From contig CAVRAG010000007.1 of NCBI GenBank assembly GCA_963718895.1, positions 803,515-867,514 of the forward strand: a stretch of DNA of 64,000 nucleotides. The letters are read 5' to 3'. Position 1 is the stretch's first letter. Each line of letters begins with the position of its first letter. The notes under the pieces are model-generated. The model had not been told where the DNA came from. It saw only the letters and a list, made by a program, of their open reading frames with translations, and did no database searches. This stretch comes from an uncultured Nitrososphaerota archaeon. GTDB lineage: Archaea > Thermoproteota > Nitrososphaeria > Nitrososphaerales > Gagatemarchaeaceae. A program made the position numbers and the translations under genes. Shown piece by piece: positions 50,028 to 59,626 of the stretch.

Positions 50028-50411
50028 CTAGGAGCCCGGTGACGAGGCTTGGGAGGAACCCTGGGTTCGGGCCTTTATCAGTTCGTCAATCTTGGTCTGA
50101 AGTTCCTTGATGTTCTCCTTGAGCCGGGACTCCTGCTTGTTGAGGACGAGCGTACGTGTGTTGGAGATGTCCTTCTTCTCCTCGAGCTCCTTGGAGATCG
50201 CTTCCTTGGTGACCTTGACGAGCAGGCTTCCGACGTACTTGTAGATCTGTTCGTCGTCGGCGATGGTCTTCAGCTCTTCCAGCGTCTTCTCGGCATCGGC
50301 GAGCTCCGCGTCCACCTGTTGCCTCTGCATCGCCACTGACTGGAGGTTCTGCTGGAGGTTGTCGAGCCTGGTGAGCTGCTCTCTCAGCCAAGGAGGTATC
50401 TCTTGACTCAA
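50028..50411 (-). CDS. pfdB: Prefoldin beta subunit
   Basis: Motifs EIPPWLREQL and IYKYVGSLLVK, coiled coils, and the expected superoperon position. Confidence 0.93.
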   Translation of the reverse strand: MSQEIPPWLREQLTRLDNLQQNLQSVAMQRQQVDAELADAEKTLEELKTIADDEQIYKYVGSLLVKVTKEAISKELEEKKDISNTRTLVLNKQESRLKENIKELQTKIDELIKARTQGSSQASSPGS

Positions 50412-50435
50412 ACTCTTCGCACCGAGTCTCCGATA

Positions 50436-50661
50436 CTACTTAAAGTCTTTCGGGGATTTGACCGCTTTGCCTACTCGCTCTATCTGCTTGATCGCCTCGG
50501 AAACCTCGGACGTCTGCAGGCGCATGACCAGTTTCCTCCCCTCCAGCCTCGACCCACTTAGAGCCGCGGGCAGCGAGGGCTAGGGAGGGCTCGTCCCCCT
50601 CCAGGATTACCTTCAGCTTAATCTTCTTGATCGGCCTAGCCGGTCCTTGTCTGGGAGACAT
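50436..50661 (-). CDS. Probable KEOPS Pcc1-like protein (frameshifted)
   Basis: Lies between rpl37ae and pfdB. Joined frames give IKLKVILEGDE..ALSGSRLEGRKLVMRLQTSEVSEA. Confidence 0.45.
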
Positions 50662-50857
50662 CGTAGGCACCTCCGGCGATCGTGAACCCGCAGGCCCTGC
50701 AGCTCCAGATGCCCGAGGAGACCCTCTTCAGCTTCATGCTCGCGCACGACGGACACTGCTTCTTGGCCTTCAGGAGCCGGTGGACGTTCGAGTAGCTCTT
50801 CCTGACCGTCCCTCCGTACTTGGCTCCGAGGCCCCTCAGCGACTTGGACCTAGGCAC
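50636..50857 (-). CDS. rpl37ae: 50S ribosomal protein L37Ae (eL43)
   Basis: Sequence GAKYGGTVRK, CPSC..KRVSSGIWSCRAC..AGGAY. Confidence 0.95.
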   Translation of the reverse strand: MPRSKSLRGLGAKYGGTVRKSYSNVHRLLKAKKQCPSCASMKLKRVSSGIWSCRACGFTIAGGAYDVSQTRTG

Positions 50858-51672
50858 GGCCCGTCGCCTCTTTGATCTCTGGCCTGATCTCCTTTCCTCT
50901 CATGATGGCCCAGTCGGCCGCCGTGAGTATCTGCTCCTGCGTGAGCGAGCCGGGCTCGCCCTTCTGGCCAGCGCAGATGTTGCCGTCGTCGATCGGTGTC
51001 GAGGGTGATCCTGGCGTCCATCACGCCCTCCTCCTCAGAGGTGGGGTCTAGCGACGAGCGTGTTGTTTATGCTGGCCATGGTCAGCGAGACCGGAATCTT
51101 GCTCACAGGCACCGGCATCTTCTCTGCCCGTGTTCTTCACGGCGTCGTCCGTCCAGGACGAACTTGGGCATCTTTGCGGTGAGCAGCGCCGAGACGACCG
51201 CGTAGCTGGTCGCGTCGAAGAGGTTGCCGTCCACGTTAAGGACGTTCACGTCGACGAAGACGGCGTAGACGAACTTGCCCTCCTTGATGACCAGGCTGCT
51301 GACGTCGATCATCTCGGACTCCCTGACTCCCCTGTCGACGACCCTCGCGAGCTCTATCGCGCTTCTCGTCCGGCGGGCCCGCCTCCAGGTAGGAAGCCGC
51401 CATGGGAAGAACCTCTGCCCCGACGATGAGCAGACCCTTGTCAGGAGTGTCCGGGAACGGGGTTCCCTTGTCGATCATGACCCCCGCTATGACCTGGGTC
51501 TTCCCCAGGCTCACCATCGCGGAGCCGTTGGCCTTCTCGATGACGCCGGTCTGGATCTCGAGCTTCCTGTACCTGGTCGAGGCGCTCTGCCGTCGAGCCT
51601 CGTTCCCTTGGAGAGGAGCTCGAGCAGCTGGGCCTTCCTCAGAGTCTCTACTACGTATGACTTTTGGGGCAT
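50850..51672 (-). CDS. rrp42: Exosome subunit Rrp42 (multiple frameshifts)
   Basis: Motifs KANGSA.VSLGKT, PFPDTPDKG, ARVVDRGVRES, DGNLFDA, DARIT and QKG. Confidence 0.92.
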
Positions 51673-51673
51673 C

Positions 51674-52427
51674 TTACTCGCCTACCTCCTCTGTGGTGGT
51701 CTCGACGGTCGCACCCGCGAAGTACTTCTTGAGCAGTGCTTCCCGCTGGAGCTCGTAGACCTTCCTAGCGCCTTGGTTGGCCATCTCGAGAGCCTGCTTG
51801 AACTCGTCGCGGGTGAACAGGCCGTCGAGCTGGAGCAGCGTAATCTGGTTCAGGTTCGGCATGAAAGCGTAGGGCATGTCGCCGGAACCCTCCTTGTCCT
51901 CGGTGTCGTTCAGGTCGAGGACGACCTTGCCGTCGACCTTTCCGACGGCGCAGCCGACAACGAGGTCGCGCATGTTGATCCCCGCGTCGGCGAGCGCCAG
52001 CGGCGCAGCCGTGATTCCGGCGACCCTCGAGCCTCCGTCGGACTGGAGGACCTCGACGTAGATCTGTATCGCCGTGCGGGGGTAGTCCTCGAGGAATGAG
52101 CGCGGGCTGCAGCGCCTCCCTGATGACCATCGATATCTCGATCTCCCTCCTGGAGGGCGCGGGGTTCTTCCTCTGGTCGACCGAGAAGGGGGCCATGTGA
52201 TATCTGCACTTTAGGAACGCCCTGTCCGCGAGGAGCAGGTGCTTCGGGTGCATCTCCTTGGGACCGTAGACCGCGGCCATGATCTTGTTCTTGCCCAACT
52301 CGATGTAAGCTGAGCCGTCGGCGTTCTGGAGCGTGCCGACCTCTATCTTGATCGGTCTCAGCTCGTCCCAACTGCGGCCGTCGGTGCGCATCCCGTTTTC
52401 ATCGATCAGTTTCCTCTTCTCTTCCAA
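51674..52427 (-). CDS. rrp41: Exosome catalytic subunit Rrp41 (frameshifted)
   Basis: Motifs [43 protein letters not shown] and ITLLQLDG. Confidence 0.95.
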
Positions 52428-52439
52428 ATCTATTCACCA

Positions 52440-53115
52440 CTATTGGTCCAGGAACAGCCTCTGGACCTTCTGGGTCAGGTCGGCCAGGTGCGCCTCCTGC
52501 TCGATCAGGTGGACGGCCTTCACCGCCTTGACGACTCCGTCCGGTGGGCCGTCCAGGACTACGAGGCCGTTCTGACCGACCTTGATGTCGCAGTGGGTCA
52601 GGTTGCCGATCATCTTGATCATGTACCCCTTCTTGCCTATGAGCCGGGGGACCTTCATCGGGCGATATCTTGACGAGCTCGCCCTCCGGGATTTTCCCGA
52701 GCCCGGGACCCCTGATCGAGAGCTGGGGGTCCCTCGACCGGTCGTAGGCCTCTATCTTGGCGAGCATCAGGTCGCCCACGCTGAACCTCGTGCTCAGGTC
52801 GTGGGTCGCTGGCGAGAAGTCTCGGCCGAAGACGAACTGCGCCGGCAGGTACCCGAGGAAGCACGAGTTGATGTCCGACCTCCCAGCCGTAGCCGGTGAG
52901 GTTCGACGACCTTCCCGACTACCAGGTCTTCCACCCGCGGGATGTAGATCCCCGACAGGGGGATGACCTTCGACGTCGTTCCTGACGATCTCCGCGAGAC
53001 CAATGCGCAGAGCGATGAGGTCGTTGCCCCTCCGCTCGACAAAGCTGCCTGGTCTATAGTCCCCGCTAACGATTACGTCTCCGGGGATTACCTGCTTCCT
53101 GACTATCTCTGGCAA
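52440..53115 (-). CDS. rrp4: Exosome RNA-binding subunit Rrp4 (frameshifted)
   Basis: Motifs VIPGD, YIPRVEDLVVGKV, KVPRLIGKKG, GQNG and EAH. Confidence 0.93.
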
Positions 53116-53118
53116 TTT

Positions 53119-53809
53119 TCATTTCACCAATGTTACTTGTGCCGACCCCTTAGTCACAGCCCCCAGCCTTTCAAGAAGGTTAGGCTGGGAGGCCGCCGGT
53201 ACTTCTAACACTACGGACAATCCACCGTCCTGCCCCCACTCCTCTTTAAGTATCTCGCCGAAGCCCTTGAGGACCCCCATCGACTGGCCGGCGTACTGAG
53301 CCGGTGTCCTCACCGTCAGCTTGACCTTCTCGGACTTGAGCGGAATTATCGGCCTGAGCTTCTCGAGGACGTCCTTTGTCTGCTCGTTCGCGTCCTTGAA
53401 GGGGTCGATCGAGACCCTGGCCTCCAGCATGGCCTGCTCTATCCTCACAGGAGGGTGCGGGAGGCTTGTCCTCGGGTCGACGTAGGTCTTCGAGATCATC
53501 GCGACGACCTGCCTCCTCTTCTCCTCGGTCATCCTCATGCCTCTGCTCCTGGGTCAGCTGGAGCTCGCCCCTCTTGAGCACCTCCAGCGCCGCCTTGGCG
53601 TGGTCCTCTGTCTTGAAGTGCTTCTTCAGCTTGTCAGCCGAGGCCCTCAGGCCTTTGGAGGAGTCGAAGTAGACCTCGTCGATGGCGAGGACGGAGGTCG
53701 GATCGACGTTCTTGCCCATCTTGTAGTTGAGCGCGGGGTCTGGATAGACGAGTATCTCGTAGTGCTCCCCCTCTATGGTCATGCGCACGCTCGTGAACTT
53801 GTTGCTCAT
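53119..53809 (-). CDS. Ribosome maturation factor SBDS/Sdo1 (frameshift near 53540)
   Basis: Motifs GEHYEILVYP, GELQLTQEQR, VDPRTSLPHPPVRIE and IDPFK. Confidence 0.93.
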
Positions 53810-53828
53810 GACCTGCCTACCTCGGAGG

Positions 53829-54581
53829 CTACGCGCCCTTGTTCGGTGGCTTGTCGCTTCGCGGTCTTTGCGTCTGGCGGCGCTCTTCGCGATCTCGTCT
53901 TCGGAGAGCTTCCTCATCATCTTGGACTCGGCGTCGACCACTGCCGTCTTTATGTGGGCGGTGCCCTGCTTGTCCTCGCTCACCAGGTAGATGCACTCGA
54001 TCGCCAGACGTCATCCCGTCATCGAGGCTCATGCCCTTGTCGTAGTTCTTCTCGAGGTATTCGTTGACCTGGTCGCTCCCCGCCCCGATCGCTATCGCGT
54101 CGAAGCTGAGGTATGCGCCCGTCGGGTCGGTGAGGTAGACCACGGGTCCCCTGTTCTCGTCGACGCCCGCGATTATCAGGGAGACGCCGAAAGGCCTGAC
54201 TCCTGCGTACTGCGTGTACTGCTGGTTGAGGTCGGCGATCCTCTTGGCTACCGTCTCGATGTCCACCGGCTCCTCGTAGACCAGCTTGTTGCTCTGGGCG
54301 ATGACCCTGGCGTTGTCGACCTGAATCCGGGCGTCCGGGATGTACCCCGCGCCGACCGCGCCGATGTGGTCGTCGATCTGGAACATCTTCACGACGGAAT
54401 AGCCGCTCTGCAGCTTCCTGCCCCTCTCCTCCACGGCAAGGACGACTCCCTCGTTCGTCCTGACCCCTACCGCCAGGCTTCCCCTCCTCACTGTCTCGAG
54501 CGCGTACTCGACCTGGTATAGTCTGCCGTCGGGCGAGAATATGGTAATCGCCCTGTCGTAACCTGCTGAGGGTGCGAACGT
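53829..54581 (-). CDS. psmA: Proteasome alpha subunit (frameshifted near the 3' end; start codon reads ACG)
   Basis: Motifs GYDRAITIFSPDGRLYQVEYA, TQYAGVRPFGVSL and AIGAG. Confidence 0.96.
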   Translation of the reverse strand, partial: TFAPSAGYDRAITIFSPDGRLYQVEYALETVRRGSLAVGVRTNEGVVLAVEERGRKLQSGYSVVKMFQIDDHIGAVGAGYIPDARIQVDNARVIAQSNKLVYEEPVDIETVAKRIADLNQQYTQYAGVRPFGVSLIIAGVDENRGPVVYLTDPTGAYLSFDAIAIGAGSDQVNEYLEKNYDKGMSLDDGMTSGDRVHLPGERGQAGHRPHKDGSGRRRVQDDEEALRRRDREERRQTQRPRSDKPPNKGA

Positions 54582-54732
54582 GTTCTCTAATCTCCTTAGA
54601 TGGTGAGGAGGCTTTAGGGGTCGTTTTAAAGGATTCTGTCGGGCTGAGGGTTGGTCGGCGGTTGCGCGAGACGCTCCGGGACCCGCCAAAAGGCATTATA
54701 CCCTGGAATGGGACGCGAACCTGGCGAATCCA

Positions 54733-55134
54733 TTGCCCGTCCGCTCAGTAACCGTGCTCAGAGAGGTGGTCGACAGCGTGCTCACATATTCGCGCAGCGC
54801 CTACCCCAGGGAGGGGATACTCCTTCTCAGGGGGAGGAGCAAGAAGGGCGACGTGAGAATCGAGAGCGTCGTCATCCCGCCGATGGCGACCCACGGCGAG
54901 GGGTTCTCCAGCTTCAGCTGGACGCTGATGCCCATCGACCTGACCTTCATCGGGGTGGCGCACTCGCACCCGTCGGGCTACGCCGTCCCCTCACACCAGG
55001 ACCTCCTGCACATGATGGGGAAGATAATGATGATCGCAGGCTATCCCTACAGCGACGAGGGCTGCATCAAGATCTATGATATCCACGGCGAGCCCCTTGG
55101 CTTTCAGGTCAGCGAGGAACCTCACCAATCCTGA
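54733..55134 (+). CDS. JAMM/MPN+ (Mov34) metalloprotease
   Basis: YPREGILLL...HSHPSGYAVPSHQD matches E-x-HxH-x7-S-x2-D. Confidence 0.9.
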   Translation: MPVRSVTVLREVVDSVLTYSRSAYPREGILLLRGRSKKGDVRIESVVIPPMATHGEGFSSFSWTLMPIDLTFIGVAHSHPSGYAVPSHQDLLHMMGKIMMIAGYPYSDEGCIKIYDIHGEPLGFQVSEEPHQS

Positions 55135-55245
55135 CCTCTCTGTTTGACTCGGACTGACCGACCTCCAGGACCCATGCATCTGCGCGGCCGATTCCCGTAA
55201 TCTTAAATACGAAAAACCGCCACTGGCCTCATCGGGGCATAGCAG

Positions 55246-55422
55246 GTGTCGCACTCGACCGGTCAGACCTGGGCCGCACTCAAGAAATCATGGAAGGCCT
55301 ACAAGATCGCAAAAGTGAAGCACGAGAAGGAGAACATGGTGGAGTATGCCAAGAGGATCAGGACGCTCCAGAAGGAGCTCGGCGTCACTCAGGCGAAGTT
55401 TCCCGACCTAGACCTGGGCTGA
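55246..55422 (+). CDS. Small basic helical protein (58 aa), below the ORF track cut-off
   Basis: Manual translation MSHSTGQTWAALKKSWKAYKIAKVKHEKENMVEYAKRIRTLQKELGVTQAKFPDLDLG. CTTAAATA box at 55202-55209. Confidence 0.75.
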   Translation: MSHSTGQTWAALKKSWKAYKIAKVKHEKENMVEYAKRIRTLQKELGVTQAKFPDLDLG

Positions 55423-55428
55423 GCGCGG

Positions 55429-55818
55429 TCATCTGTTCCGTTCGGGTATCATCCCGGTCTGGTAGATCGTCATCACCGTCTCCCGAAGGTTCTGGACCTG
55501 GTGCAGGTCGAAGTCAGGTTCCGTGGATACCAGCATGAAGTTCACCCCGAGGTTGAAGATCAACATGTTGACCTTCTCCCTCTTCACGAAGGTGTACTGG
55601 ATGTTTCCGAAGTATCTGTCCCAGGTCTTGTCGGTGCCAATCTGGATGGTCAGGTTGGCCATGAGTCTCAGGTCTTCGCTCAGCGGCTCGAGCGAGCTTA
55701 TCCCCTTCCGCATCCCTCCGGCGATTATCCTCCCGGTGTCGTCGAGCACGCTGGCGTACCTGATGCGTCGGTCATACCTGAAAATCTGGGCACATAACTT
55801 GTCTAGAGGATACGTCAT
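55429..55818 (-). CDS. Roadblock/profilin-like small protein (DUF6659-like)
   Basis: Sequence IRYASVLDDTGRIIAGGMRKGISSL...FGNIQYTFVKREKV..LVSTE. TTATATA box upstream. Confidence 0.75.
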   Translation of the reverse strand: MTYPLDKLCAQIFRYDRRIRYASVLDDTGRIIAGGMRKGISSLEPLSEDLRLMANLTIQIGTDKTWDRYFGNIQYTFVKREKVNMLIFNLGVNFMLVSTEPDFDLHQVQNLRETVMTIYQTGMIPERNR

Positions 55819-55983
55819 AAGGGACGGGGCTACGGTATATAATGGAAGATGATATATATATTGTTGGCCTCGAATTTTAGTGCAGTCCCTGGACGCGTCT
55901 CCTGCGTTGAGGCCTTTGTGAAAGACCTTTGACTCGCCATTAGAAGACGTGATATCGCCACTGATAGCCCAGGTGTATAGAGA

Positions 55984-56415
55984 ATGGTGTTCGAGCAGGT
56001 GCTCACCATCATCTTCGCCGTAGGCGTAGGCGCTGCCCTCATTGTGTACGCCGCAAGGCCGAGACACAGAGGCGCATCCATCTCAGTAGGTGCAACAGCA
56101 GTCGGCTCGTTCGCACCGGCTGAGATAGTGCAGGCAGAACCGATGCCACAGGTAACAGCCGTCGAGACACCGATGGCCGCGATTTCTCCCCCGGAGGCCG
56201 TGGAGTTCGCGCCGGAGGTGGCACAGATGGTCGCAGCAGTAGGACCCATCGAGGTCGCGACGAGCGTCGCCGACCCGATCGCTGCAGCACCATCCCCGAT
56301 AGCTGAGGCCGTGGAGGCTCCCGCGCGCACCGCGGCGGGCACGCACAGGGCGCAGAGGAAGAAGAGCACGACGAGAAAGAGTCGTGCCAGGTCTACGAAG
56401 ACGAAGACGGAATAG
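55984..56415 (+). CDS. Membrane-anchored low-complexity protein (Ala/Pro/Glu linker, basic tail)
   Basis: N-terminal TM and the tail RAQRKKSTTRKSRARSTKTK. Confidence 0.6.
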   Translation: MVFEQVLTIIFAVGVGAALIVYAARPRHRGASISVGATAVGSFAPAEIVQAEPMPQVTAVETPMAAISPPEAVEFAPEVAQMVAAVGPIEVATSVADPIAAAPSPIAEAVEAPARTAAGTHRAQRKKSTTRKSRARSTKTKTE

Positions 56416-56478
56416 ACCTGGCCAGAAAAGACATTGGTGGGTGGAGGCGACAAGCCTTATACCCACATCCTCTCTATT

Positions 56479-57336
56479 TTGCCCGTGAGAGAACCTCTCA
56501 TAGGGTTTCATGTTTCCATAGCCGGCTCCATCGATCTGGCTGTCGACAGGGCGTTGGAGGCCGAATGCACCGCCTTCCAGATCTTCACGCGCAATCCCCG
56601 CTCCTGGAACTACAAGCCGCTCCGTGAGGAGGAGGTCGGCGCGTTCTCGGAGAAGAGACACAGGGCCGGGTTCAAGAAGGTGGTCGTCCACATGCCGTAC
56701 CTCCCGAACCTGGCGTCCCCGGTGAAGTCGGTCATCAAGAAGAGCAGGTCGTCGCTGGCCGCGGAGGTGGGTAGGTGCGGCTCGCTCGGTGTGGACTACC
56801 TCGTCGTGCACCTCGGCTCCCACATGGGGAAGGGTTCCCTGGTCGGGGTGAGGAACGTGGTCGACGCCTGCAACGAGGCCCTGGAAGCGAACCCGAACTC
56901 CACTTCGATACTGCTCGAGAACACGGCCGGCCAGAAGAACAGCGTAGGGGCGAGGTTCGAGGAGCTCCGGATGATGCTCGACGGGGTGAAGCAGGCGGAG
57001 AGAATCGGCATCTGTCTCGACACCTGCCACCTATTCACCGCGGGCTTCGACATCTCCACTTCAGCCGGTGCCGACGAAGCTTTGGGACTCTTCGACAAGA
57101 CCGTCGGACTGGAGAGGCTCAAGGTCGTGCATCTGAACGACTCGAAGGGAGCCCTCGGCAGCAACCTCGACAGGCACGAGCACATCGGCATGGGGCGGAT
57201 AGGGGAGACTGGATTCAGGACCCTCCTTCATCACTCCGCGATCAACAGATTGCCCCTGCTGATGGAGACGCCGCAGGACGAGAGGAGGTCGGACGCCGAC
57301 GAGCTCACCTACGTAAGGGCGCTGATAGCGGCCTAG
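56479..57336 (+). CDS. nfo: Endonuclease IV (AP endonuclease)
   Basis: Motifs GFHVSIAG, FQIFTRNPRSW, HMPYLPNLAS, VHLGS, LENTAG, DTCH, HLNDSK, DRHEHIG and ETP. Confidence 0.96.
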   Translation: MPVREPLIGFHVSIAGSIDLAVDRALEAECTAFQIFTRNPRSWNYKPLREEEVGAFSEKRHRAGFKKVVVHMPYLPNLASPVKSVIKKSRSSLAAEVGRCGSLGVDYLVVHLGSHMGKGSLVGVRNVVDACNEALEANPNSTSILLENTAGQKNSVGARFEELRMMLDGVKQAERIGICLDTCHLFTAGFDISTSAGADEALGLFDKTVGLERLKVVHLNDSKGALGSNLDRHEHIGMGRIGETGFRTLLHHSAINRLPLLMETPQDERRSDADELTYVRALIAA

Positions 57337-58898
57337 TTCGCTGGGCCCGCGCCGACGGGCTCCTCTCCCCCCTCCGAGGACCAAGCCTTCCGGGAATTCG
57401 CCACCCAGGAGAACTTCCGCTTGAGGGAGGTCGTGTAGAGCCTCTCCCATTCGAGGCCGACGTAGTCGCACCAGGACTTGTAGATTCGGGGGTCGATGTA
57501 GTTCTTGAGGGAGGTGCTCAGGTTGTAGTCCCTCGTCTTCTTCGTGAACTCGACGTTCATGCCCATCTTCTTTGCCAGGCCCTCCTTCCCCTTCGCCCTG
57601 TACTCTGCGAGCTTCTCCTCCTTCTTCTTCAGCGCCTCGTCCCAGTTCTTCGGCGGCGTACGCTTGTGGTTGCAGAACTCCGCGGCCCTCAGGTTGGCCT
57701 CCTTCGCGAAGTAGAGCTTCTCCAGCTCGTCCGCCTGCCTCATGTCCTTTGCTAGAAGGGAGGTCTCGGCTACTTTGGTGGCGTGGAATGTCCTGAAGAC
57801 CTTAGCCGTCAACCCCGGGACTATCCCGGAAAGGAAGTGATTGACCATGCTGGAGGTCACGACGTCAAATATCTCATCTTCGGGCTTCTTCCCCTTGGTG
57901 AACCGTCTCAGATTCTCGAGCAGGACGGGCTCAGCCTCCGGTATCGTCTTGACCCAACGTACACTATCTTTTCCAAGGAAGTCGAACTCGACCCTGTCAT
58001 CGAGGATCTTGACGTGCTCGACCCTGAGGGTGGTCGCCCCGACCGTGTCTGCTTCATCCTCGTCCTTCTCGTCACCCACCCTCATGCCGAGCTTGTCGAT
58101 CAAATAGGCCACGGTGGCTATCTTCTTGGTCTTGGGGTCTCCCTTGGTCATCTTGCTGATTGTGGTCCTCCGTACAAGGGCAAGTTTGCTCTTCATCCGG
58201 AGCGCTTTGTCGTACTTCTCCTTGTTCCGCGACTGCTGGATGGCCGAACCCTCGTGAGGCCAGACGTACTTCTCCTTCTCGGTGAGCTTGTCTATCCAGC
58301 GCGCTATCCAGATCGACTCCCTGTCGTGGACAATGGCCCCCCATCCGCCGCGAGGCTCAGGCTCGGGAGCGGATTCGTCGAGGTTGAGGGTCACATCTTT
58401 GTGATTGATACGGGGCTTCCAGCTCCCCCTCAGCGGGTGCGCCCCTCGCCCCATGAACAGTCCAGGGGGCTCGACCAGCCAGTTCGCTATGTCGACCTCT
58501 TGCTCGTCTATGATGGCTTTGCCATATAGGGCCTTCATAGCCTCCCTCTGCTCCTTTCGGGAAGCGGCGACTCGTTTCTTCTCGTCCTTTGTAACGGTCT
58601 CTCGTCTCCTCTTCTCGTCGTCGACGAGCCGGTAGTAGCTGGAGAAGTCTATCTCCGAGAATTTGGCGTCGCTGAGCCGTGCCGGAAGCTCCTTGGAGAA
58701 GTACTTCATGAAGTTCTGGACGAATACCGGGTCCTGGACATACGGCGTGTCCTTCTTCTTGGCGAACTGGTACGCCATCTCGTCACCGAGGGGCGACGGC
58801 GTGACAACCTCCCCCCTGATAGCCATGGTCAGGCCTGTCGGAGAGTGTGCCGGAGGAAACGCGACGCCGCTGTGCCGGAGGGTCTTCCAGACGGGCAT
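57333..58898 (-). CDS. top1: DNA topoisomerase IB (eukaryote-like)
   Basis: Motifs EPPGLFMGRGAHP, MRVGDEKD, FDFLGKDS, TAKVFRT, CNH and TSLKNYIDPR, giving the full R-K-R-H-Y catalytic pentad. Confidence 0.97.
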   Translation of the reverse strand: MPVWKTLRHSGVAFPPAHSPTGLTMAIRGEVVTPSPLGDEMAYQFAKKKDTPYVQDPVFVQNFMKYFSKELPARLSDAKFSEIDFSSYYRLVDDEKRRRETVTKDEKKRVAASRKEQREAMKALYGKAIIDEQEVDIANWLVEPPGLFMGRGAHPLRGSWKPRINHKDVTLNLDESAPEPEPRGGWGAIVHDRESIWIARWIDKLTEKEKYVWPHEGSAIQQSRNKEKYDKALRMKSKLALVRRTTISKMTKGDPKTKKIATVAYLIDKLGMRVGDEKDEDEADTVGATTLRVEHVKILDDRVEFDFLGKDSVRWVKTIPEAEPVLLENLRRFTKGKKPEDEIFDVVTSSMVNHFLSGIVPGLTAKVFRTFHATKVAETSLLAKDMRQADELEKLYFAKEANLRAAEFCNHKRTPPKNWDEALKKKEEKLAEYRAKGKEGLAKKMGMNVEFTKKTRDYNLSTSLKNYIDPRIYKSWCDYVGLEWERLYTTSLKRKFSWVANSRKAWSSEGGEEPVGAGPAN

Positions 58899-59091
58899 AG
58901 GTGCCGACCCTGACTGGGATGTTTAAAAACAGAACCGTCTCTTTCGCATGTTCGGCGGCCTCTCCCGAATCGTCTAGGCGAATCAGACTTCCGAGGGCGC
59001 TCCGGAGACGGGAGGCCGAGTCCGAGAGACGGACGGGAGAAAGACGGAATACTCCTAATAGCAGGGAACCGTACCCTTCCCCCGTCAATCA

Positions 59092-59499
59092 ATGACCCGG
59101 GGCCCTAACCGAGGACTTAGGATCATGTTGGTGGATGACGAGCCTGACATCACCTCCCTCTTCAAGATGGGCCTCGAGACCAAGGGCTTCCAAGTCGACG
59201 TGTTCAACGACCCGACCCAGGCGCTCTTGAACTTCAGACCGAACCACTACGACCTGGTCATCTCGGACATCAAGATGCCCAAGATGAACGGCTTGGAACT
59301 TGCCTTCGAGATAAAGAAGCTCTCCGCCGATCAAAAGATAGTCTTCCTGACGGCGTTCATGGACCTCTACACGGAGCTGAGGAAGCTCTTCGAGAGGATG
59401 GACGTGCTCGACGTTATCCAGAAGCCTGTCGGGATCGGCGAGCTTGCCGACCGGCTCTCCAAGCTGGAAGGAAAGCGATTAGACCATAGTCGCGAGTAG
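59092..59499 (+). CDS. Stand-alone response regulator receiver
   Basis: Motifs LVDDEPD, SDIKMPKMNG, FLTA and QKP. Confidence 0.93.
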   Translation: MTRGPNRGLRIMLVDDEPDITSLFKMGLETKGFQVDVFNDPTQALLNFRPNHYDLVISDIKMPKMNGLELAFEIKKLSADQKIVFLTAFMDLYTELRKLFERMDVLDVIQKPVGIGELADRLSKLEGKRLDHSRE

Positions 59500-59626
59500 A
59501 TGGGGACCGATCGATCGCCGAGGTGGGCCTTCCCGAGGAAAGGCTGAAACCTAGTGCTCTAACAAACCTATCGTACATGGACTAGCCAGCCGTAAAGCCT
59601 TCCCCGACGAGCCTTCCCGAGAAGAT

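Noticed and set aside
53246-53983. Apparent PsmA C-terminus-SBDS fusion (and the XPF-NpdG read-through ORF 44333..45274)
   Set aside because: These are frameshift artefacts joining adjacent operon genes.
40230-54010. Programmed frameshifting or mass pseudogenisation
   Set aside because: No shared slippery motif was seen at the breaks, there are several breaks per gene, and essential genes are affected. Sequencing error is more parsimonious.
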